DNA of 46,312 bases from an uncultured Alphaproteobacteria bacterium (GTDB taxonomy: Bacteria; Pseudomonadota; Alphaproteobacteria; Rs-D84), in NCBI GenBank assembly GCA_947168075.1, contig CAMVKK010000001.1, forward strand, positions 1 through 46,312. The letters are read 5' to 3'. This document shows, piece by piece, positions 45,794 through 46,312 of this stretch (positions within the stretch are counted from its first letter, which is position 1; each line of letters starts with the position of its first letter). Under the pieces are notes generated by a model, which saw only the letters and a list, made by a program, of their open reading frames with translations, searched no databases and had not been told where the DNA came from. Position numbers and translations under genes: made by a program.

Positions 45794-46291
45794 ATGAAAA
45801 AGTTAGCGTTTGTATTATTATTGATAATTCCAATGGTTGCTGTTGCCGATAGGCGTAGTGATTTTGTTAATAAAATACTTGAATATGAAAACACACAAAC
45901 CGACAATAATACCGCACGAATAAATACGTATGGTGTAAATCAAGAAAAACTTGATATGTATCGGGCCGCACATCCGCGTTATAATTTTCCAGAATCCATA
46001 AAAAATTTAAATGAAAAACAAGCCAAACAAATTTTGTCTTATTTCTGGGACAATTACAGGTTTAGCGATTATAAGTATGATGAGATTCAAGAAAAAGTTT
46101 GGGATATGATGATTCATATGTCTATGTCTGATTTAGAAAAACAAATCAACGAATGTATTCGTAAATACTATAAATTTGATGCTAGTTTTTATGCGCCATT
46201 CGGTTCGGTTGCTTCTGTTAGTTTATTAAATGGCATGGCATCAAAACATATCCCTGATTTTTATTTGATATTAAACGAAGTCAAATACTGA
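45794..46291 (+). CDS. secreted GH108-like paralogue lacking the EGGY and PG-binding motifs
   Basis: Signal peptide MKKLAFVLLLIIPMVAVA. LDMYRAAHPRYNFPESIKNLNEKQAKQI aligns with LDKYNADHPDFNFPDKVKDLSPEQARQI of the upstream protein, and LEYENTQ replaces AEEGGYV. The track start at 45758 is TTG. No strong Shine-Dalgarno site at 45794. Confidence 0.65.
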   Translation: MKKLAFVLLLIIPMVAVADRRSDFVNKILEYENTQTDNNTARINTYGVNQEKLDMYRAAHPRYNFPESIKNLNEKQAKQILSYFWDNYRFSDYKYDEIQEKVWDMMIHMSMSDLEKQINECIRKYYKFDASFYAPFGSVASVSLLNGMASKHIPDFYLILNEVKY

Positions 46292-46312
46292 TATGACAAA
46301 GATATTCACGAT

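Noticed and set aside
34216-46312. An intact prophage, gene transfer agent or tailocin cluster.
   Set aside because: Only three or four phage-derived genes are present. The window has no terminase, portal, capsid, tail tube/sheath or baseplate genes. I therefore report dispersed cassettes rather than a mobile element.
46293-46312. Possible gene start (ATG ACA AAG ATA TTC ACG ..) 1 nt after the stop of the GH108-like paralogue.
   Set aside because: Only six codons are visible and there is no clear Shine-Dalgarno site, so it cannot be supported from this window.
1-46312. tRNA, rRNA, tmRNA, RNase P, CRISPR arrays, IS elements and riboswitches.
   Set aside because: Intergenic spacers are short. 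The longest are 34216-34354 and 44633-44903, and I read both without finding T-loop or anticodon-arm patterns, spaced direct repeats, terminal inverted repeats or transposase ORFs. Absence is by eye only. tRNAscan, Infernal and ISfinder runs would be decisive.

Overview
This 46.3-kb window is a chromosomal segment from a Gram-negative bacterium with a compact, moderately AT-rich genome. An alphaproteobacterial-type AddB, a DUF721/DciA-like gene, SecB, an LptF/G permease and a protein with a C-terminal J domain suggest an alphaproteobacterium. That taxonomy is inference and I could not verify it.

More than half of the window is tightly packed housekeeping: mutL, greA, xerD, trxB, serS, typA, recA, secB, mltA, ruvC, yebC, ruvA, mnmE, rsmI, engB, addB and xthA. 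These genes are punctuated by near-consensus sigma70 promoters (TTGnnn-17-TATAAT), G-run Shine-Dalgarno sites, and stereotyped AAAACCG...CGGTTTT hairpin terminators at convergent gene junctions.

Two accessory glycan loci interrupt the housekeeping genes.
- Locus 1 (9.8-17.9 kb) holds eight glycosyltransferase-type genes wedged between typA and recA.
- Locus 2 (35.1-43.8 kb) is a visibly more AT-rich ten-gene minus-strand operon. It encodes an FdtA/FdtB/FdtC-like dTDP-3-acetamido-3,6-dideoxyhexose branch, UDP-galactopyranose mutase, and GT2, GT4 and GT8 transferases, one of which is frameshifted.

Locus 2 is bracketed by plus-strand, phage-derived cassettes. On the left are a W-rich mini membrane peptide and an orphan tail-fibre-like protein. 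On the right are a MuF-motif/GH108 muramidase/PG-binding fusion and a signal-peptide paralogue that lacks the EGGY motif.

The most interesting signal is that the two cassettes carry paralogous copies of one regulatory module. Each copy has a strong promoter with an identical spacer octamer, followed by a promoter-proximal hairpin/U-tract terminator. The stem differences between the copies are compensatory. This suggests an antitermination-type regulon of domesticated phage genes.

I recognised no rRNA, tRNA, CRISPR array, transposase, or integrase other than XerD. The ORF track uses non-ATG starts: 7858 is GTG and 11045 and 45758 are TTG. I trimmed several starts to ATG codons that have a Shine-Dalgarno site.
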